DNA from: Octopus bimaculoides
Lineage: Eukaryota
Reading direction: 5' to 3'
NCBI RefSeq assembly: GCF_001194135.2
Contig: NC_068982.1
Coordinates: forward strand, 125,486,796-125,550,795
DNA length: 64,000 nucleotides
The stretch's first letter is position 1; each line of letters starts with the position of its first letter. Below are positions 26,171 to 38,794 of the stretch, piece after piece. A program made the translations under genes and the position numbers. The notes below the pieces were generated by a model, which made no database searches, had not been told where the DNA came from, and saw nothing but the letters and a program-made list of their open reading frames with translations.

Positions 26171-27769
26171 ATACTATAAACAAAGAGGAGGTGAACACTT
26201 TTCATCAGAGGTCGACTCAGTTAAGGTTGAACTTGAATTAAACCAATAATAACTACCATCCTGCAGACTGAATTCTTTTCTTGACCCCCAACACTCACAA
26301 GTCCAGTTAGCCAGTTTCCATGACATGGACGCTTCCTTTAAACGAGACGCCAGTCCATTGCCGAGTTCAAGCACAGCAATTTTTGAGGGAAGGGGGAAAA
26401 GTTGATTAAATCGACTCCAGTATGTGACTGGTATTCTATTTCACCGACCCTAAAGGGATGAAAGACATGAAAGTTGACCAAGACGGGACATGAACTCAAA
26501 ACATAAAGAGCCGAAAGAAAAGCTGCTAAACATATTGTCCAGTGTGCTAACGGTTCTGTCAGCTCGCTGCTAATGCAGGCCGAATTACGAAGTTAATTTC
26601 TTGCGCCATAGTTTTTTCGTAAATGGATAACATTATCTATTTCTTCTGATTAAATAAACGACCACTCCAAATGTTGGTACGTGACTGAATCACAGAGTCA
26701 TTAATATGTCACAATTTTAATTCAGACGCACCAACAGGATCGAATTTAAATATTGCAAAATTCCACTGCGGCGCCTTGATGTATAGGTCATCTCTATTTC
26801 ATAGACGACAAACACTATTACTTTAACACGATGCAGATCAGCGAGAGCATTGCTTTTGTTTGTTTTTTTTAATCTTCTTGATATAACAGATAAAAATGCA
26901 TTTCTTCGCTATACTAAAATAGACATATGGACTAAACTAATTTAACCTGTCCTACATTTAACTATATCTTTGCAATTCTTTGCAATGCTGAACGTAATAA
27001 GTTAATCCTCGAGAGATTCTTGCTGACATCTAGTGATACAAAAATTCCTAAAGCAGCGAGATAAAATAATAATTTACGATGAAGGAGAGTCTTATTTTAA
27101 GACCAACAGAACTGAGTACGTCAAAGATAAGATACTAAGATGCATGGCAACTAATAACAGCCTTCGTCGTCAAAATTCGTTTTAATAAAGTTCAAAAAAT
27201 TAATGGTTCCAAATTTTGGAACAAGGTCAGCAGTTTCAGTGAAGGCAGATGTTAGGTCAATTAGATTGATCCAAATACTCGCTCGGTACTTTATTTTATC
27301 GACCTCAAAAGGACGAAAGGAAAATTTTACCTCGACAAGATTTGAACTCAAAACTTAAAAAAGAAATGTCGATAAGCGTTTTGCACGAAGTATTAACGAT
27401 TCTGCCAGCTCGCTAGATGAATCTTTTAAGGTTTCAAACGAAAACCTTAGATTTTCGTCTGACCCCTTTAGATTCGAAAGAAAATGAGAAACGTATTTGG
27501 TGGCTATGAATAGAGTTCAAGCTGTATAAGGAAGAAGACAATGAATCAAGGAATGTATTGAAAGGTCACAAGACAGAGTAGTCTAGGTTTAAAGATAGTT
27601 TAGAGAAAGTAATTAGTTGAAATAGCTAAAAAAAAAACCGAACTACTTACTTGTGCGTGTGTGTAAACACACACACATACATATCTATATATATATATAG
27701 ATATATATATATATACAGATACATGCACACACACATATATATATATATGTATANNNNNNNNNNTCGAAG

Positions 27770-27930
27770 CGGCAACTTCTTCGAACCGTTCCCGCCAGAA
27801 CGCAAACTGACCAATCACAGCCCTTAATAAGGTCACGTGATAGTGTTTTTCTACTACCGTCTTGGAGCTCCCTTAATGCTTTAAATAGAGCAACTCATAC
27901 CCAGCAAATTTGTCTCGGTTCAGTTCTCTT
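27770..27930 (+). promoter_or_regulatory. Pol II promoter-like cluster (CCAAT, E-box, TATA-like, Inr-like)
   Basis: GACCAATCA at 27809-27817, GGTCACGTGA at 27831-27840, TTTAAATAG at 27880-27888 and TCAGTT at 27920-27925. Locally CpG-rich and followed by a CAG/CGA-rich leader. Confidence 0.5.
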
Positions 27931-30604
27931 TGAGATCTGTTCTGTGTACCATACGACAGCAGCAGCAGCAGCAGCGGCAGCCAACGACACATCAACAGCT
28001 TTGTCCAACGATGACCACCGCCGTCGCCACATCAGCANNNNNNNNNNTGTACCATACGACAGCAGCAGCAGCAGCAGCGGCAGCCAACGACACATCAACA
28101 GCTTTGTCCAACGATGACCACCGCCGTCGCCACATCAGCAACACGAGTCTACGACTACTAACCAGCATCATCGTCATGACCAACACGATTCTACGACTAC
28201 TACCAAGCAGCATCAATCACCACCAGCATCAACACGACTTACTATGTACACCAAACTAAACCACCGCGGCACATCTCTCTCTTCGATTCTGTTAGGTGAC
28301 TCAGCTTCACCACGATAAATAAACAGACAAGAGATTTCAGCCAGCGACGAACGACGAACATCTGTATAACAAGAATCACGGCNNNNNNNNNNNNNNNNNN
28401 NNNNNNNNNNNNNNNNNNNNNNNNNNNNNNNNNNNNNNNNNNNNNNNNNNNNNNNNNNNNNNNNNNNNNNNNNNNNNNNNNNNNNNNNNNNNNNNNNNNN
28501 NNNNNNNNNNNNNNNNNNNNNNNNNNNNNNNNNNNNNNNNNNNNNNNNNNNNNNNNNNNNNNNNNNNNNNNNNNNNNNNNNNNNNNNNNNNNNNNNNNNN
28601 NNNNNNNNNNNNNNNNNNNNNNNNNNNNNNNNNNNNNNNNNNNNNNNNNNNNNNNNNNNNNNNNNNNNNNNNNNNNNNNNNNNNNNNNNNNNNNNNNNNN
28701 NNNNNNNNNNNNNNNNNNNNNNNNNNNNNNNNNNNNNNNNNNNNNNNNNNNNNNNNNNNNNNNNNNNNNNNNNNNNNNNNNNNNNNNNNNNNNNNNNNNN
28801 NNNNNNNNNNNNNNNNNNNNNNNNNNNNNNNNNNNNNNNNNNNNNNNNNNNNNNNNNNNNNNNNNNNNNNNNNNNNNNNNNNNNNNNNNNNNNNNNNNNN
28901 NNNNNNNNNNNNNNNNNNNNNNNTATATATATATACGAGAGGGTGATGAGAGAAGACCTATACATTGTGTTTTCTGAGATTTTAGAAAAGTTTTTGATAT
29001 ATTTTGGTTAAATGTTTGCTATCTCGTTAGAGCTCTCTCCCTCTCTGTTTCTCTCGAAAAAATTTTTTACGATGTGGTTGTTATACCCTGTGTGCAGCAA
29101 AAAGTGGGGACTGGTGAAGTTATCGTAAATAGTATAATAACACGTGAATTGATTGGGATGTAAATGTAGTTTACATCTTCTCATATTACCTTTTGCTTGT
29201 TTCGGCCATGCTGGGGCATCGCCTTGAAGAGTTTCGGTCGAAAAGAATCGACCCCAGTATTTATGAGGTTTGATAAGTCTGGTACGTATTCTATCAGTTC
29301 TTTTACTGAACCGCTATGTTAATGGAACGTAAACAAACCAACACCGGTTGTCACGCGATGGCGGGGAGCATCAACACATGTACATATATGTGTGTGTGTG
29401 TGTATACACCAATGTTCCACAACCGGTATGTCGCGGCACTGGTGTGCCACGAGACGATGCTAGATGTGCCGCAGTGTAACCTGAATATAATTTTTTTCCC
29501 TATACTTTTAGTTATAATTTTAGTGCAGGTGTGCCGCCGAATTTTGAAACGAATATAAGTGTACAGCAAGTGAAAAAATGTTGCAGAACACTGACATACA
29601 CGACGGGCTTCCACACAAGTTTCCATCTTCCAAATTCACTCACAAGGTCATGTGACCAGCCCAAGACTACGGAAGACACTTGACGGAGATGCCGGGCAGT
29701 AGGACTTAACCCAAGACTACATGGTTACAAAACAAGCTTCTTCACCACACAGCTATGCCGACACCTGTTATTTTTATACTGTTTTTGGACATCAGTGTGT
29801 GGTGAGTATTGAAGTATCTTCCCCAGTGGTGCTCGAGTGTACTCAAGTGTTTCACCTAGCACGTGTTATTTGGTGAAGATAAGAGTTCTATGCGTATATT
29901 TCTAACATTTATGTTTTTGTTCTTTTACTTCTAAGTTATCCTTCCACATTAGTGTTGAAATGTTTATGTACTGGACAATATATCTATGTTGCAAGGTTTT
30001 CACCATCGTCTACTATATCGTGTGCTATCATAATGTAATTAGAGAGTCGACGTGCCGTAGGATTCTTTCATATTAATGTAACACGTAAGATGTATGATAA
30101 AATGTTTTACCTTAGGTCAAGATTTTTTTTCAGTGCTACTCTAGTTGTTCTGTTAAAGACTATTTTATCCAATTGTACTTTGCCTGTTATTTTGTTGGTT
30201 AAGTTTGGATTTATGCATAATTTGATTTACTTTATACCTATGTATGAGAGCGGATGGTGTGACATTCGCAAGATCAACGAATCTGTCAAGTTTTATTGTA
30301 ATATAGAAACTGCGAGATGAATCAAAGGACTCATCCATCAGATAAAAGCGAAGCCATATTATTTGGGGTTCGTTCTGTGATATGAGTGAACTTTGGATTT
30401 TGATACGGCCACTGATGAAGTTTGGTAATATGGGGGAAAAGAGGAGAATCTCAGCCTCATACAGCTGCACTGCTAATCTGGTAATAAAATTAACCGGGAG
30501 AAACAGTTTTGAAGAATTAGATGGAGGTTGACCGTGGTACCAGATTGGAATATGGAAGAGGCTGTCTGAAACTTAAAGCTATTAGACTTATATTCTTTTC
30601 TATT

Positions 30605-30995
30605 CTAGGCACAAAGCCCGAAATGTTTCGGCGGAGAGGGGGCCAGTCGATTAGATCGACCCCAGTACTCGACTGGTACTTAATTTATTGACCCCGAATT
30701 TATGAAAGACAAAGTCAATCTCAGCAGAATTTGAACTCGGAACGTAAAGACAGACGAAATACCTATTTCTTTACTGCCCACAAGGGGTTATACACAGAGG
30801 GGACAAACAAGGACAGACAAACAGATTAAGTCGATAACATCGATCCCAGAGCATAACTGGTACTTAATTTATCGACCCCGAAAGGATGAAAGGCAAATTT
30901 GACCTCGGCGGAATTTGAACTCAGAACGTAACGGCAGACGAAATACCGCTAAGCAATTCGCCCGGGGTGCCAACATTTCTGCCAGCTGGCCGCCT
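30605..30995 (-). mobile_element. Two tandem tRNA-derived SINEs (family D)
   Basis: Reverse complement of ggcggc(c)agctggcaga..ttctgagttcaaattccgccgaggtc..cctttcggggtcgataaa. Related copies at about 3.3-3.7, 8.4-8.9, 25, 26.4, 27.2, 45 and 60.2-61.9 kb. Confidence 0.8.
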
Positions 30996-31080
30996 TTTAT
31001 TTTTTTATTTATNNNNNNNNNNNNNNNNNNNNNNNNNNNNNNNNNNNNNNNNNNNNNNNNNNNNNNNNNNNNNNNNNNNN

Positions 31081-31447
31081 CCTCGTAGAGCTTTAGGTGC
31101 TTTCGCTCAATAAACACACACAACGCCCGTTGTGGGGATCGAAACCGCGAGTCCGCTGCCCTAACCACCGGGGGGCCATTGCGCCTCCACAAAATAAATG
31201 CGCCCTTTTAAAGCCTAACCAGGCTCACGGGCTCGGTTTCCCGATTTCAATGGCGTGCGTGTTCCCCAGCTGGACGGGACGCCAGTCCATCGCAGCATTA
31301 CTCATTTTTGCCAGCTGAGTTGAGTGGACTGGAGCAACGTGAAATGAAGTGTTTTGCTCAAGAACACAACGCATCGCCCGGTCCAGGAATCAAAACCACA
31401 ATCTTTATCATGGTGCTGACATCCTAACCACTAAGCCACGCACGCCG
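31081..31447 (-). mobile_element. SINE family C (31195-31447) abutting a family B head (31081-31188)
   Basis: 31195-31447 is near-identical to 61416-61672. 31081-31188 is the reverse complement of the family B 5' end. Confidence 0.8.
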
Positions 31448-32820
31448 CCTTTAATAAACTTAATATTGCAGAGAATGACTGCCAATAGTCATCCTCTGCA
31501 ACATGGCGAAGAGAAAGAGAAGTTGGTAGGAGACACCAGGGAAAGAAAAAGGCGTTAAAAGTTTTGGCTTTTATTCAGTGCCTGTAACTCATAAGACAGA
31601 GCGAGTACAAAGGTGTTTGGGTTTCTCCACGTAAGAAGCTCTGGTGCGCAACTAGTCTGGAATTGTTGGGTTTATGAAGGAAATATATATTGGGGATTTT
31701 TTAAAAAAGGGGAGAAGTGGTGTTAAGAGAAAGTAGAATAGAATTTAAGGTGATAAAAGTGAAGGAGCCTTAATTCTGGTTGTAGAGCGTGAAGTATTAA
31801 CCAAGTGCATCTAAACTAGAACAACACAGTCGTTGAAGTCTATTAAGTTGATTAAACAATACGCAAAATATTTAAAAATTTTTATACAATTCCAAATAAT
31901 ATTTAATTTTACCAATAGGATTCTAGAAACATCGAATGGTTATGGAGGCCCATCTGAGTAAAATAGGAATCAAAAGGAGCAAAAAAAAAAAAAAAAAAAA
32001 TGGTTGAAAACCACTGGTTTAAATTATAATCCGCAAGTTATTCCCTTGACCTTTATTTTCGGTATCAGAGAATTTGAACTTGAGACGTAACTAAATATTT
32101 TAATGTACTGAATCTCTCTTTCATTGCAGTCTTTATTCATCTCTAACATCAAAATTATAATTTGAATATTCAAGTATAGTCAATCAAATTTCTCAGCTCG
32201 ACACTTTGTCGATTCTGTAAGAACAGGGAACAAAGTTGACTCATATGAGATGTAAGCTCAGAAGATATATATACCATAAGGCAATTTTTAGGTCAATTCT
32301 GCCAATCATTCATATATATATATATATATATATATATGAATTGAAAAACATGTTTAGTCAGATATTCACAAGCCTTTCTAAATGGATTTAGGTGCTTAGA
32401 GTTAAAGAAACTCCTCCAGAATATATATTTACATTTTGGTAGGCGTTAGTGTTAGCAATGACATATGACCAATTAATCACTTTCAGCTGACACATACACA
32501 CACATGTATCAGTTCAGCAGTCTTAAGAATAATGATGTTAGTTAAATGTATATCAAATTGGTTCAGGAAACATGGTTGTTTAAAAAAATATAGAAATGAC
32601 AAACAGATAGATGTTAAAATTACTGGAAATGTTGCCTATACAATTACAACTAAGGTTGAAAATAATGTTTAAGAAAACCTTAATAAGCAAAACGTGTGAA
32701 TGTAATTTTCGCTGGCACAAAATGCCATGTTTATATGAACAGAAACCAACAGTAAAGGCTTCGACAGAATTAGATCAGATAACAATTTTAATAGAAAATT
32801 AAAGGTCTTTATATTAATAA

Positions 32821-33695
32821 CTAGCAGAGGCACCCGGCATTGCTCGGGAATGAAATTGTTGCTTATATACTTGAAGAAAAAAAGGCAAAATATGCTGTAT
32901 AGAAATTTGAGGACATTCTGTAGATGGACTCTCAGATGAATGATGGCTGTGCGCCTCTCATGAATGGGGAAAATTGAAGATGTGCCAAAAAGCCTCATTG
33001 GTACTTGGAAACTTTTACGAAAATTAAAATGGGGATTAAATGAAAAAAATGATTTACGTGAATATCCTCACAATAGTAATTGAAATAAATGGCGATTGTG
33101 GAACCCCACGCGCGTCTTTGTAAATATGTTTGTATACATTTATGTATGTGTGTTTGTAAGGGACAAAGAGGTTTGTCATGTATACGTACATGCATAAATA
33201 TACATACATCTTTGGATGCATGAATATGACAACACAGCCCTTGACTCACTCACACTCTCTCTTACAAACACGCACGCGCGCGCATACACACGTGTGTCTT
33301 TGTAAATATGTTTGCATACATTTATGCCTGTGTGTGTTTGTAAGAGACAGAGTGTGAGCGAGTCAAGGGGTGTGTGTATGCGTGTGAGACAGAGTGAGAG
33401 AGCGGTGTGTATGTAGTATTTACTCTCTCATACACACGAACACACACAAAATAGAGAGTGAAGCTTTTTGCCGCTGTTACGTCAATACCGGAAGTTGACA
33501 TTGAAGAACCTTTTTAAAGAAGTGAATCTTAAATATAAAGCAATATTATTTATTTTTAATTTAAAAAATCAAATGAAGAGCCTAACATTTATCCGAGGTC
33601 AAATTATTCATGCATCACAAGTATGGAAGCATTTGGTGAAGTCGATTTCACGTGAAAAGCGATTACACACACATCTGTTTTATATATAGTATAGA
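32821..33695 (-). mobile_element. Complete non-autonomous Helitron (875 bp)
   Basis: Minus strand: A|TCTATACTATATATAAAA ... hairpin CCCGAGCAATGCCGGG ... CTAG|T. It has 5' TC and 3' CTAG ends, an A|T insertion site, no TSD, and an internal microsatellite. Confidence 0.85.
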
Positions 33696-34589
33696 TAACA
33701 ATTGCCATCCAAAGCAGACTACCAAACTAATATAGTGTATTGATCAAGGCTCAAGACAAAAACCAACATGAGAACTGCTCTGGCAATGCCTTAAACAACA
33801 ATTGAAAAAAAGGCTCCCTTGATGTGGTGAAGCATTTGCTTGTGAGGAAAACTGAAAGCAGTTTACTGAAATTAGATGAGGAAATGTCAGAGGAAAGCAA
33901 TTTGATTAACTAGAAGCAGCCTCCCAACATGTAATAGCAATCATGGAACCTCAGTATTCAAGAGTTGAAACCATAAGTTAAGTAGTTATGAGAATGAAGT
34001 CAAAACTGTTTTTGACCTTCCTATACAACCCATTCTCCTCTAAATATCAAAACCATTCCCTCACCCACTCCTGATGTCACTTTAAAATTATGCATTTTAT
34101 TATACAATGGTGTTCTATGCCATTGAAACAGCTGCTGAGCACGAATTATGAACTTTTTATGTCAACAAATAGTTCTTTGTTCATTGTGTGAATAAAAAGC
34201 AGAAAAGTATTAACTTCACAGGTAAAGAAAGTTTTATTTTACAAAATTTTATAGAAAGATAAAGGCTGCTCCATTTTACTGTTTACAAAAAACAACTTTA
34301 TATGTAGACACGAAAGAGAGCACCTTTATCGGTGACAATCTTGTCTGTGCAGATGCTAGTACACATATGTAATACTAAAAGCATATGTAATATATGGGCG
34401 AGTAAAACAAGTTGGAATGACAATCCTTTTTTACTGCTATTACTTGGTCCCCTCAAAGGATTCTTTGTTGGCTCAGTGGTAGAAGTTATGGAAGAGTAAA
34501 GCGTTGACAAATCTAAAATGTAAGGATTCTGACTGATGTATCTGATTACACACTCCCCACAGAAGGACAGGAGGAATGAAAAACTCTTC

Positions 34590-34753
34590 ATTCATATCAC
34601 TCTCGGAGTGGTTGGTGCTTAGGAAGAGCATCCAGCTGTAGAAACTCTGCCAAATCAGATTGGAGCCTGGTGTAGCCATTTGGTTCGCCAGTCCTCAGTC
34701 AAATCGTCCAACCCATGCTAGCATGGAAAGCGGACGTTAAACGATGATGATGA
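34590..34753 (+). mobile_element. RTE-tail SINE/LINE 3' fragment ending in (GAT)n (family E)
   Basis: ..catggaaagcggacgttaaacgatgatgatgat, the same as 43190-43466. Confidence 0.75.
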
Positions 34754-35114
34754 TAAAGAGTAATTTCTCTCTGCAATTATTCAAAATTATGTTTATCTTT
34801 TATAAAAATAAAAAGCAACATCCTTATTTAATTTGTTGGTCATTGGACTGTGGCAATTCTGCTTGTTTTAAACCTGGTGCTTACATTATCAGATAGACCA
34901 TTATGCTTAGAACAGACAAACCAACACCAATTATCAAGAGGTGGAGAATACAAACACACAAGATGGGCTTCCACCAAATCCACTCACAAGGTATTGGTCG
35001 ACCTGGGGCTATAGTAGAAGACAATTGTGCAAGGTGCCTCTAGTGCAAACATAATATCTGTAATAAAAGCACAACACATAGAACAATACAAAGGCAAAAA
35101 ATGTTGTTAAATCT

Positions 35115-35120
35115 TTTATT
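35115..35120 (-). terminator. Polyadenylation signal AATAAA (probable innexin 3' end)
   Basis: Minus strand reads gtattAATAAAagatttaacaacattttttgcctttgtattgttctatgtgttgtg. Confidence 0.5.
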
Positions 35121-35961
35121 AATACAAAATTACAGTTTACTTTACAAAATTGGTCCCTCATCCAGCCCAAATCATTACAGAAATAGTAGTGAGATTTCAC
35201 CAGTCACAGCTATATATATATATATGTATGTATATATATATATATATTTATTTATTTTAAGAGGAATGAAGATAAGGAATATTCTTTACAAAAATAAAGA
35301 TATTTGGACGGGTAATAATGTACAAGGGAAAGTGTCTTGTAAAGGAGCTCAATGAAACAGATATGCATACAATTTCCTGTACATTATGAAGACATTATTA
35401 CACAGACTAAGCTAATTGTTCCAGTTTTAAACATTAAAAAAGGTTTTAAAATGGAAAACTTGTATAATATTCATTTAACCAAGTGTTAAATGCTCATTTA
35501 AATGGTTCCATTCATTTCCAGCTAATGGAATGTGGGGTGGGAAATATAACCCAGGAATAGGTTATTTGTAACAAACAGCAGTAAACTAGTTTTGCATGAT
35601 GAGACTGGATGTTGACAACCCAGTTGGAAACACAAAAGGGATGGGGTTAGCAAATCTTTAGATTTGATAAGATGATTGTATTGTCACAAATAACTATACT
35701 AGACTATATAGTAACAGTCTTTTTATTAGATACACATTATCCCAAAATGGAATGTGTCAGATACTGCAAAGCTGGGGCAAATACCCAGCTATTCCAAGTT
35801 AGATATAGCTTATACATAAGCTAGTTAACTTTACAAGTATTTTGCATAATAGCAAAGACAAGAATCAACCAATTGAAAAACTAGTAAAAAACCCCACATA
35901 ATTTAATATACAAGACCCTAGAAATTACACAAATTGTTGCAGTGCTCAGCAAAGTCATAGC

Positions 35962-35963
<2 letters not shown>

Positions 35964-36054
<91 letters not shown>
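35964..36054. repeat. (TG)~45 microsatellite, read as (CA)n on the innexin sense strand
   Basis: Directly visible perfect dinucleotide run. Confidence 0.95.
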
Positions 36055-36056
<2 letters not shown>

Positions 36057-37120
36057 CAAATTAAACATGATGATAGATGAAGGTACAAGATATTTCAGAC
36101 AAGTTATGTGAAAATGATATTTCTTACACCAACAAATCACTGGAGATGGGTAAAATGTATTCTTTGGTCTGTTTATCTCAAATGAAAAGATTAAAAATGC
36201 TGATAATTATTATGGAAATTCTGAGCTAGATACCAGCTACAAATGGAAAGGGACTTTCTAATTCTTTTACCAGAAAAAAAAAACAAACAAAAAAAAACAC
36301 TATGAATAAAAATTTAATTATAATTCATAATGGATCGATGATGCATATCCTGCAAATAGTCGCAAACAAAATATTTTTTAAAAATGGACTACTGATATAT
36401 TTATTTTAAAAATGTATGACCAGTGGAGAGAGAGAGAAAAAAAGAGAAATCAGTAACTTGATGAAGGTTTATCACAACAGTTTCATATTCTAAAATTACG
36501 CTTTAGATAGCAGCTTAATAGAATATACACCACAATTTTTATGCATAGTATTATACTACATTCTACAAGTACAAATGGATATTGATAAATGCCTTAGTTG
36601 GAATACGTAATGTATAAAGTCTTATTCAAAATACATAAATTGGGATGGAAAAAAATGAATAGAAGGAAAAAAAACACAAAGTGAAATCATGCAATGAGAA
36701 AAAAAAAAAAAAAAAAAGTTCTTTTTGATTTTTTTTCACTAAATGAAATGGAAAAAATATCAACATAGAATATTATGGAACACTACAGAAGATTTTACAT
36801 AACAGGAAAATCTGATAAGCTGAGTATATAAAATGGCAACTACAGAAATTACTAACAGTTCTTTGTATATGGAAGAACAGTCTTGTAATATAAAACTATG
36901 AAACTAATTTCAAATTTATTTATTTAAGAAACAAATGAATATTAGTTAAGGTTAAAAATTTTCAGATATATTTTTCGAAGTGTCAGAAAATTTCTGTAGA
37001 TTGCCTTGAAATAGAAGTTTACAACTATTATAAATATCAAACTGTTTGGTGGGGTTCCTTTATTGAAATTATTGGTTTGCATTTACATTTTAAAGTGTGC
37101 TTCATTTAAAGGAAGCATTC

Positions 37121-38285
37121 TTAACTAGTTGGCTTCTCTTTGAAAATCTTCCATAACTGTTTCACCAAATCTGTCAAGACTAGGTCAGTTGAATTTTTAC
37201 CTATTACTCTTAAGACAAAGACTCCATCATTGCGTAAATAGTTGTCTGCAAAGTTTCTATATTGTTTTTTATCGTTATTGATTAGTGGAGTAGCTGAAAG
37301 TTTCAAGTATTTCTTAACGTATGCTGCATTGTTACGTCGGTAAATCATGTAATAGAGCCAACTTATCATGTTTGCTGAAGCTAAAATGGCTACAAAAACA
37401 AACCAGAACCAAAGGAAAATAAAAATCTTTTCATTGAACAGGTTAATAGGCAAGACACATTGGACAGTAAATCGTTGCAGATTAGTCATTTGCCGAATAC
37501 TGAAATCACACAAAGTGACTCGTGGAAATAGTGGTGATTCTTTAAAAGCACCATATTCGTTGAAGTGTTGCATCACTTGGAAACCGTAAATGCCAAAATC
37601 AGTTGATAGAAAACTGTTTAACATAAAGAACTGTCCAATGATATTTACAAGATATAAGACTTTAATACTGAGATAAAGACCAGATAAATATGTTCCTTCA
37701 CGTTTACCACAGAAGCAGCAGCAAATTTTGGCAAACTTTTGGCGAGTTTTCACAACGAAATTACAATGGTAAATACGATTAGAATCAAGCCAACGATCCA
37801 TGAAATATGCTATGTGCTCGATAGTTTTCTTGCGATCATCAGGTGAACCATATTGAGTCTTCTCTGATAATTCACAAAGCTTGTCTAAATTAACGCCTGA
37901 GGTGCCATGAAGAATTCTCCAGAGCAAATTCGGGGCTTTAAACAAAAGAGCTTGAAAAAGAAGAATTAAAGGCACCCACTGGTAGTATGTCAATTGCCTG
38001 TCTTCTCTTTCATTAATATTAACAGGAATCGTGTCTGACATTGGAATATAGTAAGTATTTGAAATCCAGCATATCCATTTGGTATAGGCAACATATGCTC
38101 CTGTGAATTGGGCTGGGCACCAACAGTGTATTGGGTCACCAACCAACTGGCCTGTAGTGACTACTATTGCAAAAAGAACAAGGACAACCGATGAGTATAT
38201 ATGGCTCATGCGATCAACCCAGTCATCATTGGCTGCTGAAGTTAGACGGGAGAAGGTGGAGAAGGATCCGAACACACCCCACACC
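37121..38285 (-). CDS. inx: Innexin (invertebrate gap-junction/hemichannel subunit), main coding exon
   Basis: Translation has the innexin signatures DDWVDRMSH, CWCP...CWISNTYY, YYQWVP, FPRVTLCDF and QCVLPINLFNEKIFIFLWFWF, with four hydrophobic segments. The acceptor tttctttctttgcag| ends at 38286, so the exon starts at 38285 in phase 2 (G GTG TGG...). Stop TAA is at 37123-37121. The ORF-track start MFFFLCR is intronic. The symbol is family-level only. Confidence 0.97.
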
Positions 38286-38794
38286 CTGCAAAGAAAGAAA
38301 AACAAAGCTAATTAATATTTCTGAGCTATAATTACATCTGATAAATAATCGACAATAATCAAACTGCAAACATTTATGTAGGAAAAATGTACAATTAACC
38401 GTTGATAAGTAATAGTTACAAGCATGTAAATGCAGTAGAACTTAACATGTTTGTAGCTATTTCTAGATAAAAGAATATTTATGCAAAGTATACGAAACAT
38501 TTTCTTTACAAATTTGATTTAAAAAAAAAATTTTTTAATTTAAGAAAAATTAAATATTTTTCAAAACAGGTAAAAAAAAAGAAAGATTAAATATACTCAC
38601 CACCTGTCATGAATGGTATATGAAATAATATTTATCAATTTAAATATTTTACAATTCTATAGTGACATGGCTTTTTATAGATATACATTATTTAGCTTAG
38701 ATTTTTGCACTGGAGGAAGGCAAAAGCATTTTAGCAGTAGCATGCTTCTCAAATAGAGCTTATTTTAATTGAATGTCCCTTCTCTTTCAGACAA

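Larger units (their letters stand above)
35095..37120 (-). other. Probable innexin 3' UTR
   Basis: About 2 kb AT-rich, SINE-free stretch after the stop codon, ending at an AATAAA followed by a U/GU-rich tract. Confidence 0.5.

Noticed and set aside
27945-28140. 93-bp exact duplication of the CAG-rich leader and its poly-Gln/poly-Ala ORFs
   Set aside because: Identical copies flank a 10-N gap, so this is likely an assembly artefact. The ORFs are low-complexity and have no homology cues.
30165-30470. 101-aa minus-strand ORF
   Set aside because: No motif, no convincing splice context and no codon-like signal that I could recognise.
31941-32016. hAT-like 3' terminus GGTTGAAAACCACTG
   Set aside because: No matching left TIR or TSD was found, so no element could be delimited.
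37368-38315. Short plus-strand ORFs overlapping the innexin
   Set aside because: Shadow ORFs antisense to a real CDS, with no independent support.
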